A DNA stretch of 64,000 bases from contig OX597816.1 in NCBI GenBank assembly GCA_951406725.2, forward strand, positions 43,648,001 to 43,712,000. Direction: 5' to 3'. Of this stretch, positions 51,955-64,000 are shown piece after piece (position 1 is the stretch's first letter; each line of letters opens with the position of its first letter). The translations under genes were made by a program, and so were the position numbers. A model generated the notes under the pieces. That model was not told where the DNA came from. It saw only the letters and a program-made list of their open reading frames with translations, and did no database searches. The DNA is from Octopus vulgaris (lineage: Eukaryota).

Positions 51955-52338
51955 AAACAGCTGTAACCTAATGAAGTCCATAACATTATTTTTTGTTCCT
52001 TTGTGCCTTCTTATATATTTTATGGATCAAGAAAACATCACAACATCTCTGACACTGAAATGTGAGAAGTACACAGGGCGTTCAGAATCGCTTCAAATGC
52101 TCCACTGTTGCCTTTGTATTTCTCTTTTTCACATACTAGGACTGAACTACATAGGCAGAAGTACATCTGTCTGCATTTGTGTTTTTATTTATTTCTGGGT
52201 CCCGAAACTACTGTTCCGTAATCCATATTTCGCACATTCGGGATAATCTTGTCGAGTCCTTCATACGGCTGCTATTTGAACGGTTTGTAGAAAATCCTGC
52301 CATAGTATTTTAAAGCATAGCTATATGAGGTTCTAGCA

Positions 52339-52640
52339 GCACATGGCCTAGTGGTTAGAGCAGCGCACTCGCGGTCGAGGGATCGCAGGTTCGAATCTCA
52401 GGCAGGGCGGTATGTGTGTTTATGAGCGAAACAACTAAGCTCCACGCGGCTCCGGCAGATGGTAATGGCGAACTTCTGCTGACTCTTTCGCCACAACTTT
52501 CTTTCACTCTTTCCTAATGCATCTTGCAGCTCACCTGCGACGGACCGGCGTCCCGTCCAGGTGGGGAACCTATACGCAAAGGAAACCGGGAAATCGCCCC
52601 TATGAGCCAGACATGGCTCGAGAAGGAACAAACAACAACA
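52339..52640 (+). mobile_element. tRNA-derived SINE, family D, with 16-bp TSD
   Basis: A box TGGCCTAGTGG, B box GGTTCGAATCT, (AAC)n tail. TSD ATATGAGGTTCTAGCA at 52323-52338 and ATATGAAGTTCTAGCA at 52641-52656. Confidence 0.9.
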
Positions 52641-54179
52641 ATATGAAGTTCTAGCATTACCTCAGCTTCAGTTCGATCTTGAGTTAAAAATTCACTGTCC
52701 CCCAGTGATTTTTTTTTGTCTGAAAAAAAAAAACTCAATAAATAAACAGGTCTAAAACTGATTGTTTTAATACATTTTCCCATCAAATTTATTTGTTTAT
52801 GAGGATTATTTTAGTTGTTGCTTTTGTCATTACCTCTATTATTGATATTATGTATCAAATTCTTCGAAATGATTTGTTTTTGTACAAACTGATAATTTGA
52901 ATACTCATTAAGTTTTGTTTATGGGGCAGCTGTTCGTTTTACTGAGGAATTTGTTTTTGTGATGTCTTCTTGTTTTGTGCAATTTAGCATCATGTTTGTA
53001 TTTCTTCTGGTTCTTCACGTTGTGAGTTCAAATCCCGTCGAAGCCACTCTTGCCTATTATAATTTCGGTGTCGATAAAATTTAGCACCAGTTATTGTTGC
53101 TTTCATTTTTTTTATCATCAACCTTGCAGTTGTCTTTCAAGTCATAATATAATTTATGAAATAATAATCATGTACATTTTTTTTCCTTCTCTACTAAAAG
53201 AAAATTATCCCAGATGTATCGTATCGACAGCAAAAGGAGTTTAGCTTCATTCTGAATTAGATTTTACGCACGACAACGTCACGTTTATGTTCATACTTTA
53301 GATTGCATCTGAAAAATGCTGCCGGAACTACTAGTTGCTCAGGGATGTCTCTCTTGCACAGTTAAAGATCAGTTGAACCCTAAAAATAAAACAGGATTAC
53401 ATGATTTCCGTCACAAGAAAGCAAGAAATACGAATCTAATTTAATGCCTAAATGCTTCATGCATATATATATATAACTTCCCAGGGTATGTCAGCATGTG
53501 TATGGGTTTGGTTTGGTTTTGTGAATGTCGATATTTACAACCTGGGGTGCAGCGACACACGCAAATATTATTCATCATTTTGTCTGTTATGTAATGATGA
53601 CGGCATCGATTTTCCTTTTAACAACTCCCAGACTGAAGAATGGTATTTACCAGTAATGATAAGAGAGTTGGATTGACGATTTCAAGGTTAATGCTAACGT
53701 CTGTGTTTGACAGGACGTAGAAAGAAAACGATTTGTATACAAGCCAAGATTCTAAAGCGTTTTCTCAACGTCGGCACCTAATCAATTTTTATTCTTATTC
53801 CTGGTCGATAATAGAAACCATTGGTGACTACTTAAAATTGTTGTTATCCACAATAGAATATATGTGTCCTGTGGAAAAATAATCAAAAGATTCTATCGGT
53901 AGACGTATCACGACAGAAATAATTATAACTTTTCAAAATCTTATTTTCCTTGAGTGCTTTGTCTGTACTACTAAGAACGAGCGTAGCTCTGTGCAGCGTC
54001 AGTAGTTTAATGATTTGTTTCCGTTTTGTATTTTATATTGTATTGGAAGTACTCGAACTTACATGCATGCAGTGCCTAGTAACGATATTTTCTCTGTGAC
54101 GCATAGCTGGAGGCTTTCTGGATTTGGTGATGCATTTGTCGCCAGACTTATTAATCACTTACGGCCACGATAATTATGT

Positions 54180-54558
54180 ACTCTTTTACTCTTTTACTTC
54201 TTTCAGTCATGTGACTGTGGCCATGCTGGAGCACCGCCATTAGTCGAGCCAATCCACCCAAGGACTTATTCTTTGTAAGCCTAGTACTTATTCTATCGGT
54301 CTCTTTTGCCGAACCGCTATGTTACGATTGTCAAGTGATGTTGGGGGGACAAACACAAACACGCAAACATATACACACACATACATACATATATATATAC
54401 ATATATACGACAGGCTTCTTTCAGTTTCCGTCTACAAGACTGGTTGGCTCGAGGTTACAGTAGAAGACACTTTACCCAAGGTGTCACGCAGTGGGACTGA
54501 ACCCGGTACCATGTGGTTCGTAAGCAAGCTACTTACCACACAGCCACTCCTACGCCTA
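54180..54558 (-). mobile_element. SINE family A
   Basis: Reverse complement of family A with two small deletions; abuts the 3' end of the R4-like relic. Confidence 0.88.
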
Positions 54559-54561
54559 TAG

Positions 54562-57350
54562 ATGTAGATTGTTTCTGTTTTCAGTCCCGACATACTGCTC
54601 TTCCAAATAACTTCATTTTCGATAACTCCTTCGTATTTTTAGATGCTTCTTTTGTCGATTGGGACTGATTCTTCAATTATGAGGAACGTCTAGTAGTCAT
54701 TGATAACAATATCAGTTCTTGTTATCCCTGTGTGTGTGAAATGGCATATCCTGCTTCGTTATGTTCTAAGACTCCTTTCGGTGTATGTTTATACCAACTT
54801 TTGGCATTCCACTGTATGTATGTATCTTTGTCATAACGGTAGAGATATTCATTTTTTGTCTAAGACAACAAAACTAAAAGGAATGTCGTTAATTGTTTCT
54901 TTCTCTATATCCATATATTCTATGGCTACTTTGATGTCTTCTACTTCATTGAATGCTTTTGGTATCTTCTTATGGGTACGCTTGCTTCTTTTGTCGCAAC
55001 GTAAGAATCTGTAAGTTCCATCTTTGAATCCTGTTTTCAGTATTTCTTTACCTTTTTTTTTGCGTTATCTATTTTTTGTTATATGCTTTCGGCATGTTTT
55101 ATTAACTTTCTTTTTCTGTTAGCTGTGCCCCCCTTTGCTAACTTTGATGAAGACATACAACTATTTTGTATATTTTGTCTTCTGTGGCTATTTGCATTTC
55201 GTTTCTATCATTTATCGTTTGCACTCCTACACCAAATGTTAAAGAATGGTTTCTAATTACATAACACTCATCCCTTTCTGAATTCTGGTTAAATAAAATG
55301 TTTGTATGTCAGATTTTGCGTGATTTATTCTAAACTTAGTCATTACTTTTCTTGCTTTTCTGTCTAGTCATGCTCATTCATTTAGTGGCCAGTTTGTAAC
55401 AGTATAAATATAACTAATTACATGCATTTAGCTTGGTTTTATATATCAATGTTATGTGTCTATTCCTAAATGTTTTTCTTTGTTGGGTTTGTAGCCTACT
55501 TCATTGGTTCTTTGCTATTTTTAAATCTGTGTTTCGTAGAAATGTTTCTGTCTTCGTCTGACATGACATTAGTGCTATTAACTCTTCTGTGTGTGACTAC
55601 TATCAAATTTGCATGCTGTCTGTATCAGTGTTTCTCGTTGTTAAGCACCTGTAACGTATATATTTGTTTGTCTTCCTCTAGCGTTTGCAACCGCGTCCAA
55701 TTTCTTTCAATATATTGATTACAGATGTCAAAAGCAAGCAGAAATGAGTGATGAGTGAAGGTTCCCTTAGAATATTCCTCATCAAATTGATATAGATATT
55801 AGTTTTATCAGTTCCTGTTTTGTACGTATTTAGGGAGCTGCTTCTCATTTATTTATTAATGGTAATGGTGCTAATTTACTGATGCTTAATGTTTCCAGAA
55901 TCTACTTCTGGAAGCTACTGTCGAAATCCTTCTGTTAGTCAATACAATTCTACGCTAACACCCATCCTTATTATTTTACAATTCTGGGATATGGTTACAT
56001 AGTTAAAGTTAATCTTGACCCAAGTATGAGCCTTTGTAGCATACATTCTATTTTCTGGACTTTTACTGAATATTCCAGATGTATATATAGCGTTTGCGAT
56101 ATTTTGTATATTTTGTAATCTGTTGGAAGGCAGGTTATGGATCTAGAGGATTAAAATGATTTTCTTCTTAGTGGAAGAATGAGATGTTGTTTTCGGTTTC
56201 TTTTATAACTTCCTACACATTTAGCTACTATTTTATGTGTTTCTGTTAAATACTTTAGCTTGATGTACAGGATTTTATTATTTCTTAATGTTTACATTCA
56301 GTTTGTTTTCGTAACATCTGGGATACATTCTTGTTGATATGGCGTTTCACGTTTATTCAGGTGCTGTATATTTTCAAAAATTCCCTTCCTTCACTGTGTA
56401 GTCTCCTCTGCAGAATTCTCTTACTTTCCTTAGTGCTGATGCTGTATTGATTTCTATTTTACTTTTCTAATTCTTTGTAAAATCGTTTTTGGTTTGAGTC
56501 GAGCTACTTGTTTTGTTCAAAGAATCTTTGATGCTTTAATGAGCATAACTTGTTTCTGGAGTTCTTTGATTTATAACATTTTTTTTTGGCAATTATATTT
56601 CTGTACTATTTTTTCTCTTTATTGTTTCTCACTGGTGTCTTTTCGTTATTGATTTCATTAATGATTGGGAAGTTATTTTCACCCATTGTCTGTGTTGTTC
56701 TTTGTTTCACGTGTTGTTTGCATCATTTTTGATATTTCATTATGAGTAGATATGGTGGGTACCTACTTTTCCTAAAAATTACTGCAGCTGTTTTATATAT
56801 AATTTCGGATAACCTAGCAGTATTCGTTTTCTTGCTTGTTGCCATAATACCTACTACAGCAACATTTTAAATTTCACTGTAGATATTTTGTACGGGTTAC
56901 GTTGTTAAGTCCCTATAAAGATCTAGTTAGTAACTTAATTCTTTTATTATTTCTTCATTTACATTGTCGTGTTCCTGACTTCTATATTTAGAATTGCCTA
57001 TTCTAATTTAATTATGTTCTGTTTTGTTTGTATTTTTCTACCCCCGATTTTATTACTCAGTATTTTATGTGTTGATGCTATGTTTTCCTATACGTCTTTT
57101 GAATATTTTCGCATTTTATGCCAACATTTTTATGTAGTTTACGTTCTCAGTGGTTTTCTATATCGTATTGAATTGAAATTTTCTTTCAGACTTGTATTGT
57201 ATGACTTGTTTTTATGTATTACTAAGTGGCCTATTTTAATCACTGATATCTTTTAGTGTTTAGGAATGCATCTCTTTAAGTTAGCTACTTTGGGATTTGA
57301 TGCTGGTTTGCATCGAGGTATGTTACCTTCATAACTTAAACGCAGACATC
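54562..57350 (-). pseudogene. Heavily decayed R4/Dong-like RT-RLE retrotransposon ORF
   Basis: Motifs on the minus strand in the expected order: SRSITCLPT (~56135; compare YRPITCLPT), ID*QKDFDS (~55930; compare IDYKKAFDS), QGDSLSP-like (~55760), EYLYRYDK (~54840), WYKHTPKGV (~54785), RTDIVIND (~54710; RLE PD motif), GLKTETI (~54578). The 5' boundary is approximate. Confidence 0.75.
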
Positions 57351-57713
57351 ACAATTTCGTTTTTCTTTTAGAGTACGCTTGTAAAACATGCATTAAAAAT
57401 GGAACCATTTTACTCTTGAGCACTCTTTGAGATGTGAAGTCTATATTTAATGTATAATCGTTTGTTTAAAGGATATGTCTCTTGTCGCTTTCTACCCGAT
57501 AGAAATGTGTTTTCCATCATATATACCCCTGCTGACAGTTGTAGTTTGGGAAAAACTTCATTGAAAGGCAGTGAACTCTTCGAGCAGGCTCATGTAGAAA
57601 CCTTGCAAAAGAGAAAGAAAGGAAAAAAGAATCCCTCGCAAGTATAGCCAAACTAAATATATTTCTCTATATCATAGTTTGTCAGCCCATTGTCGGAGAA
57701 TCATACTAGATGG

Positions 57714-57859
57714 TTAGAAGCTTGCTTCCCAACCACATATATCCGGGTACGGTCCCAGTCTCACTGCACGGCACCTTGGGCAAGTGTCTTCTAATATGAC
57801 TTCGGGATGACCAAAGTCTTGTGAGTGAATTTGGTGGACGGAAACTGAAAGAAGCTCGT

Positions 57860-57861
<2 letters not shown>
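57714..57861 (+). mobile_element. SINE family A, 5' half
   Basis: AGAAGCTTGCTTCCCAACCAC...GGCACCTTGGGCAAGTGTCTTCTA...GAAACTGAAAGAAG then (TA)n. Confidence 0.8.
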
Positions 57862-57940
<79 letters not shown>

Positions 57941-58197
57941 CTATGTGTGTGTCGCTCTCTCCATCCCCCTTTGCCTGTCTATTTAGCTCTCTCCCTCTCT
58001 CTCTCTCTCTGTATACACACACACATATGCAAATATAGATGTATATAACTATATTCAAATGTACATCAGGATTAACTGCCTATATTTCCACACTCACGCA
58101 CACACACTCGTACACATACATGTTTGCATGCGCATGTGTATTGGTGTATGCGTGAATCTCTACCCGAATGTATCACTATATATATATATATATATAC

Positions 58198-58234
<37 letters not shown>

Positions 58235-58687
58235 TTTTTGAGTATGTGGTTGTATGTAAAATAGTCTATTATATGTATAATATATCATATTGTATATGAA
58301 TGCGCGCATATATTTGCATGTATATGTATATAAACGTGTGTGTGTGAGGTTTTCAATTACTTCTTAGCACTTTAGTCGCTTATTAAGAATTCTAAACTGA
58401 ATGAAATCCACGTCCTCCTTAATCTCAACGACTTGCTATTTCCTTTCTATAATTATCACCTTCGCATAATAGACAGCTGCCAGTATCTTTTACTGTATAT
58501 TCAGAAAGTTTGCAGTTGGTGCTGAACCAATAATTATCAGTGCTTTAACTTCGATTCCGATGTTACGTGTTAACAAACATAGTAAAGCAGTGTTATTTTG
58601 GAACGACTCTATGTTACATGCCGAACAAATTATGATTCACTCGTAGGAAGTATTGAGTCTAAATACAATATTGGAACCACCACCACC

Positions 58688-59055
58688 ATTATTATTATTA
58701 TTGTTATTATTATTATCATTATTATTATTATTATCATTATTATTACTATTATTATCATCATCGCTATTATTATTATTGTTATTATTATTACTATTATTAT
58801 CATCATCGCTATTATTATTATTGTTATTACTATTATTATTATTATTACTATTATTATTATTATTACGACTATTATTATTATTATTACTATTATTATTATT
58901 ATTACGACTATTATTATTATTATGACTATTATTATTATTATGACTATTATTATTATTATTACGACTATTATTATTATTATTACTATTATTATTATTATTA
59001 CGACTATTATTATTATTATTACTATTAGTATTATTATTACTATTATTATTATTAT
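58688..59055. repeat. Long imperfect (ATT)n microsatellite with higher-order 18-21 bp periodicity
   Basis: ATT units interrupted regularly by ACT/ACG/ATG variants; source of the poly-Ile ORFs. Confidence 0.95.
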
Positions 59056-59387
59056 TGGCTCAGTGGTTAGAGCGTCGAGCTTACGATCGTGAGGTTGTGA
59101 GCTCGAATCCCGGACCGGGCTGCGTGTTGTGTTCTCGAGCAAGGCACTTTATTTCACGTTGCTCCAGTTCACTCAGCTGTAGAAATGAGTTGCGACGTCA
59201 CAGGTGCCAAGCTGTATCGACCTTTGTCTTTCCCTTGGATAACACTGGTGGCGTGGAGAGGGGAGGCTGGTATGCATGGGCGACTGCTAGCCTTCCATAA
59301 ACAACCTTGCCCGGACTTGTGTCTAGGAGGGTAACTTTCTAGGTGCAATCCCATGGTCATTCATGACCGAAGGGGGTCTTTACCCTT

Positions 59388-59390
<3 letters not shown>
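59056..59390 (+). mobile_element. SINE family C, between (ATT)n and (AGT)n
   Basis: Near-identical to 336-679. Confidence 0.9.
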
Positions 59391-59419
<29 letters not shown>

Positions 59420-60070
59420 TATGAATAAACAGTAAAATCATCACAAATTGCTAACGGCTAGGTGCTAACTTATACATTTCTGCATGTAAGCCTCTGATCA
59501 GTTATTAAGTTTAGTATTCACACATTTTCGTATTGATGGTAATGATGCTGTAGTTGTTGTTATTTAACCCCTAGTCAGTACTGACCAGCAAAACCTATGT
59601 TCAACTGTATTCTTCACATTACCAATATTTATTATCAATATTTGTTAATTACTTTCGATATAATTAAGCAGCTTAATACATATGCTATAATTTTTTGCTT
59701 TTTTTATGTTATCTTCCACTTTTCGTTTACACACAAATTATATCCTTCACCCAGTTAAAAATTTGGAACTTATAATTATGCCGTAATACGTGAATTAAAT
59801 GTGCGTTTCTCTTTGGTGTAAAATTACTTACACTTTCAATACTGTTCCCTAAGTTCGTACTCGATACCGAAAGAATGAATCCTCGTTACAAGCACTACAA
59901 ACGCACACACGCGCAAACATAAACATATACACTCACAGGCACACTCACAAACATGTGTTTGTTTGTTTGTGTGTGTGTGTGTAATTCGTATTGGTTCCAT
60001 CAAGTATTCCTAATCCATTTACGCTTCTAAGTATTGATAGTATATTCCATATTGCAATATGGAAATTAGT

Positions 60071-60106
<36 letters not shown>

Positions 60107-60110
<4 letters not shown>

Positions 60111-60207
60111 ACTTGTTTTATTTATATTCCTGAGCGCCATACTAATACAATTGTTTGTTTGTATTCCACCTGCCTTCGTCTTTTGTTTATTTTCATAAAG
60201 CTTCCCG

Positions 60208-60209
<2 letters not shown>
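60107..60209 (+). mobile_element. Family H1 tail fragment inside a (TA)n tract
   Basis: AAGACTTGTT...CCTGAGCGCCATACTAATAC...CCACCTGCCTTCGTCTTTTG...CTTCCCGT; (TA)n on both sides. Confidence 0.8.
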
Positions 60210-60255
<46 letters not shown>

Positions 60256-60412
60256 ATATGTATATATGTATGTATATATGTATATATGTATGTATATATG
60301 TATGTATGTATGTATATATGTATATATGTATGTGTATATGTATGTGTATATGTATGTATATATGTATGTATATATATATATATATATATGTATGTATATA
60401 TATATATGTATG

Positions 60413-60469
<57 letters not shown>

Positions 60470-61434
60470 TAGCAAATCTACCCATCTACGATGGAGGCAC
60501 ACACATACACATACACACGCACATATACACTCACACACATATATACGTATACACACATACTCACTCACACACACATATACATGCACACACATACACTCAC
60601 ACACATCGTATTTGTATATATCCTATCAATGATACAAATACTGATGGAGTAACTCAAAACTTCGATTAGAATTACGTATATAATAAATTTCGAAGCGATT
60701 GATTTCGAATAAGCCATTAGTTGGTAGCTGAGTCGAAGGACCTATTGTATTACCTGTTGCATACCACCTTCGACGCACACTTCAGAATCGTAGACCAAGG
60801 TAGACAAGTCATATTTAGGTGAACAGTGGTTTTTACTTTAACGATAGATAATATTTCATATGTACGACGCTCAGGCGGAGATCGTGTCCATCGTATCAGA
60901 AAACATGAAATTGAAAATAGCTAGACGTATTATAGCAATACATCACTCGCAGAAAGAAAATATACAAAGAGTAGATTTGAATTCGGGCTCCAATCATATC
61001 GAAGTAAACATCAATAATTGTCATAAAATTATTTCTATTTATTTGGTTTTTCTCAAATATTTTTTTTTTTCGTCATGTGAGGTTATAGAATTAATAAGTT
61101 GATATAATCATGCTCTCGTTAATTCCTCTACTTTCGATATTTGCCATAGTTTATTGTTTATCGACTCGAAATAATGAGCAAGTAATAATAATAATAGCCA
61201 GTAGCGATTTTATTTGTCTTTCCTTCTACTCAGAGTCTATTACTAACACTTGCAGAAACGGAGAAATAGAAATTTTAGATATTACAGAAGTATTTGTTAT
61301 AGTAAACACGTTGTTTATAATTCGATTTATTGTCATCAGCAAAATCCAACGATCACTGTTGCTAGATATTGGTTACTTTTCCTGAAAATTATTCGGTCCG
61401 TCTGACATTATTGGATTGTATGCTTCTGTAATTA

Positions 61435-61489
<55 letters not shown>

Positions 61490-62958
61490 GATATAGTAGT
61501 GTTCTTCATTGTTTTGGTCGGAAACGAGAAAGTATTTCGCTATATATATATTTCGCCAGTGATCATGGTGATATTTATAATTGCCATGTTTGATGTGAGT
61601 GACCTTTCAGTTTTTGTATATTAATATTCTAGTATGTTTACTATAATTACTACATCAAACTATCTTTACGGGTATTCAATATTAATTCAATAACTTATAT
61701 ATATGTAACCATTCTTGGTTATATATAATATATAGTTAAATAGATTCCAAATCACATGCGATATTTCACTGAAATAATATATTGTTCAATAAGAATTTTG
61801 CAGAGATGTGTATATATCTCATGCTAACATCAGGTATTTTTTTATCAATATGTATATAATTCGTGAAACCAGTGTGGAATCGACTCCGTTCAACCAGTAA
61901 TGTTTAATATACGCACTGAGAACTAACAAATATATACTTAACAACAAAACGTATTCACTGAGAAAATTAACATATCGTTTACGTTCAGTCTGAAGAAAAT
62001 TAGATTCGTATAACTATAGTATTCTAAATATATACACAGTCTAAATGTCTTTTATTGATCTAAAATCTTTTGCTTTTAATGTTTCGTTTCTAATGTCAAA
62101 TGTCCGTAGACATATCATATAATATACACTGAGAAAAATAATGTTTATATATTCAAAGACTTCAACCAAATACGTCGTAAAACGGAATATCAGCATGATA
62201 TGCTATTTTAAAATAACTGGGATAGAGATAGGTAGTTTTGCATAAATGTCTGCTCAAATAAATAATGATAATGTTAAGTATAACAACATTGAGACACCAG
62301 GCATTTGGCAACCAAATGCTGCATTTGGCGTAGAAAAGTAACATTTGGCACAAAAATGCAACATTTGGCAACTGGTCAGTGGTTTTATCCTTAGGCCCTC
62401 CTAAGTTGCTACCATAAGTTTTCATTTTCAAATTACGATATTCATATAAATATAAGTTATTCACATCTTCTGATAGTAATAGAGGCGTAAGTTGCCTACT
62501 GGGTGTTTTGTAGGCAAGCAAATAATCTTTGCCATATTTACTTTAATTTTTGCTTGGGCCTCCAATTCCATTGTGACCCCAAATAAATAGATTAAATGAA
62601 ATAACTATTTCAACATATTTTATGGCTCTGCAGTGCCAGGTATCCGAGGGATATATTTGCCTGATTTTGTATATTATTTACATGTATATATGTATGTATG
62701 TGTATAGATGCACTAATACACACACGCACCCTCAGTCACACACACACATACATATACATATATGACATATATACACAAACATATATATGTGTGTGTGTGT
62801 CCTCTTAGTATATTGTTTGTATACCTTAGACATAAGTATAAAAGTCGAGCTGGAATTATTTTCATTTCGTAAATGATGATTTGTGAGTTCAAACCTTCCA
62901 AGCACTTGCCTAGATTTAAACATACTTTAAGTAAATAAAAACCTATAATACACTAACA

Positions 62959-63124
62959 CAGTACTCCGCAATCAGTCTGCCGCGGCACACTGGTATGTCA
63001 CGAGACGATTCCAGCTGTGCACTAGTGTAACCGGAATATAATTCTTTTCCTTATATTTTTAGCTATAGTTTCAGTTCAGGTGTGTCGCCCAATTTTGAAA
63101 AGAATATGTGTTGTCGGAGCACTG
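62959..63124. mobile_element. hAT-type MITE
   Basis: TIRs CAGTACTCCGCAA and TTGTCGGAGCACTG; decayed 8-bp TSD CACTAACA / TACTATAA. Confidence 0.7.
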
Positions 63125-63144
63125 TACTATAACAAAATCTCTTA

Positions 63145-63533
63145 TACTCTTTTGTTTCAGTCATTTGACTGCGGCCATGCTGGAGCACCGCCTTTAGTCG
63201 AGCAAATCGAGCCCAGGACTTATTCTTTGTAAGCCTAATACTTATTCTATCAGTCTCTTAGACCGAACCGCTAACTTACGGGGACGTAAACACACCAGCA
63301 TCGGTTGTCAAGTGACGTGGGGGGGGGGACAAACACAGACACACAAACATATACACACACATACATATACGACGGGCTTCTTTCAGTTTCCGTCTACCAA
63401 ATCCACTAACAAGGCTTTGGTAGGCCCGAGGCTAAAGTAGAAGACACTTGTCCAAGATACCACACTGTGGGACTGAACCCAGAACCATGTGTTTGGTAAG
63501 CAAGCTATTTAGTACACAGCCACTCCTGCGCCT
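63145..63533 (-). mobile_element. SINE family A, full length
   Basis: Reverse complement of 8440-8842. Confidence 0.9.
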
Positions 63534-63799
63534 ATATATTGACACACGGCTATTCAATTGAAGATAAGAAACAGCTGGTCAGTCAACCGACATCTTGTCA
63601 CATGTACGAAGTGGATCTATTCTGGATCTATGAAAGGTGGTGTCTATTCTGACAAGATAGATACTGGGAACATTAAAGATTTATCAGAAAACTATTCGGA
63701 ACTTTGCATAACATTTTACCGATTCTAATGTTATCTTACATTCAGTTTTTTAAAAAATAATTTAAGGTGAAATGCAATAATTATTTCGGCATTTAACAC

Positions 63800-63978
63800 G
63801 AGGACAACATTTGAGAAGTTAATCGATCATATCGACTCCAGTATACGAGTGATTTTTTTATTTTATTGACCCCAGTAGGTATTATTTGAATTCGAAACAT
63901 AATGAGCCGGAAGGAATATTTCTAAGCATTTTTTCCTTTTTATCTTTTAGCGCTAACGATTCTGCTGGTTCGTCACCT
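63800..63978 (-). mobile_element. SINE family B, diverged
   Basis: TCGATCATATCGACTCCAGT...TTATTGACCCC...TAAGCATTTT...GCGCTAACGATTCTGC...TCACCTT. Confidence 0.6.
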
Positions 63979-64000
63979 TTCAGGTGATTTGTAAAGACTC

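Noticed and set aside
1652-60669. Many ORFs rich in YI/CV/HT/LS/poly-I, up to 213 aa
   Set aside because: They are translations of (TA)n, (CA)n, (CT)n and (ATT)n microsatellites, which lack stop codons in some frames.
62301-62375. CRISPR-like repeat-spacer pattern
   Set aside because: The repeat is 8-9 bp and the spacers 11-12 bp; the context is eukaryotic and there are no cas genes.

Overview
AT-rich, microsatellite-dense, essentially non-coding eukaryotic (animal) genomic DNA, probably intronic or intergenic. The SINE families, simple-repeat load and composition look like octopus (cephalopod); this is recognition from memory, not a database result. Nearly all ORFs in the supplied track are artefacts of (TA)n/(CA)n/(ATT)n/(CT)n repeats or of SINE copies. 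No intact protein-coding gene, rRNA, tRNA or CRISPR array can be supported. The window contains at least 4 tRNA-headed SINE families (about 30 copies), a decayed mellifera-type mariner, a decayed DD37D (maT-type) transposon, two R4/Dong-like RLE retrotransposon relics, a BovB-like RTE 3' end, and non-autonomous Helitrons and hAT MITEs. The main observation is three sequence-unrelated short repeat families, each carrying a minimal hammerhead-ribozyme-like motif (Penelope-like). Each occurs once as a divergent palindrome that puts one motif on each strand, and two of the three families sit in or beside (TA)n tracts. Other observations are a pair of paralogous ~99-nt minus-strand exon candidates, a head-to-tail SINE array, SINE tail swapping, an RFX/E-box/TCF motif cluster and an old local duplication. 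Boundaries of decayed elements are approximate.
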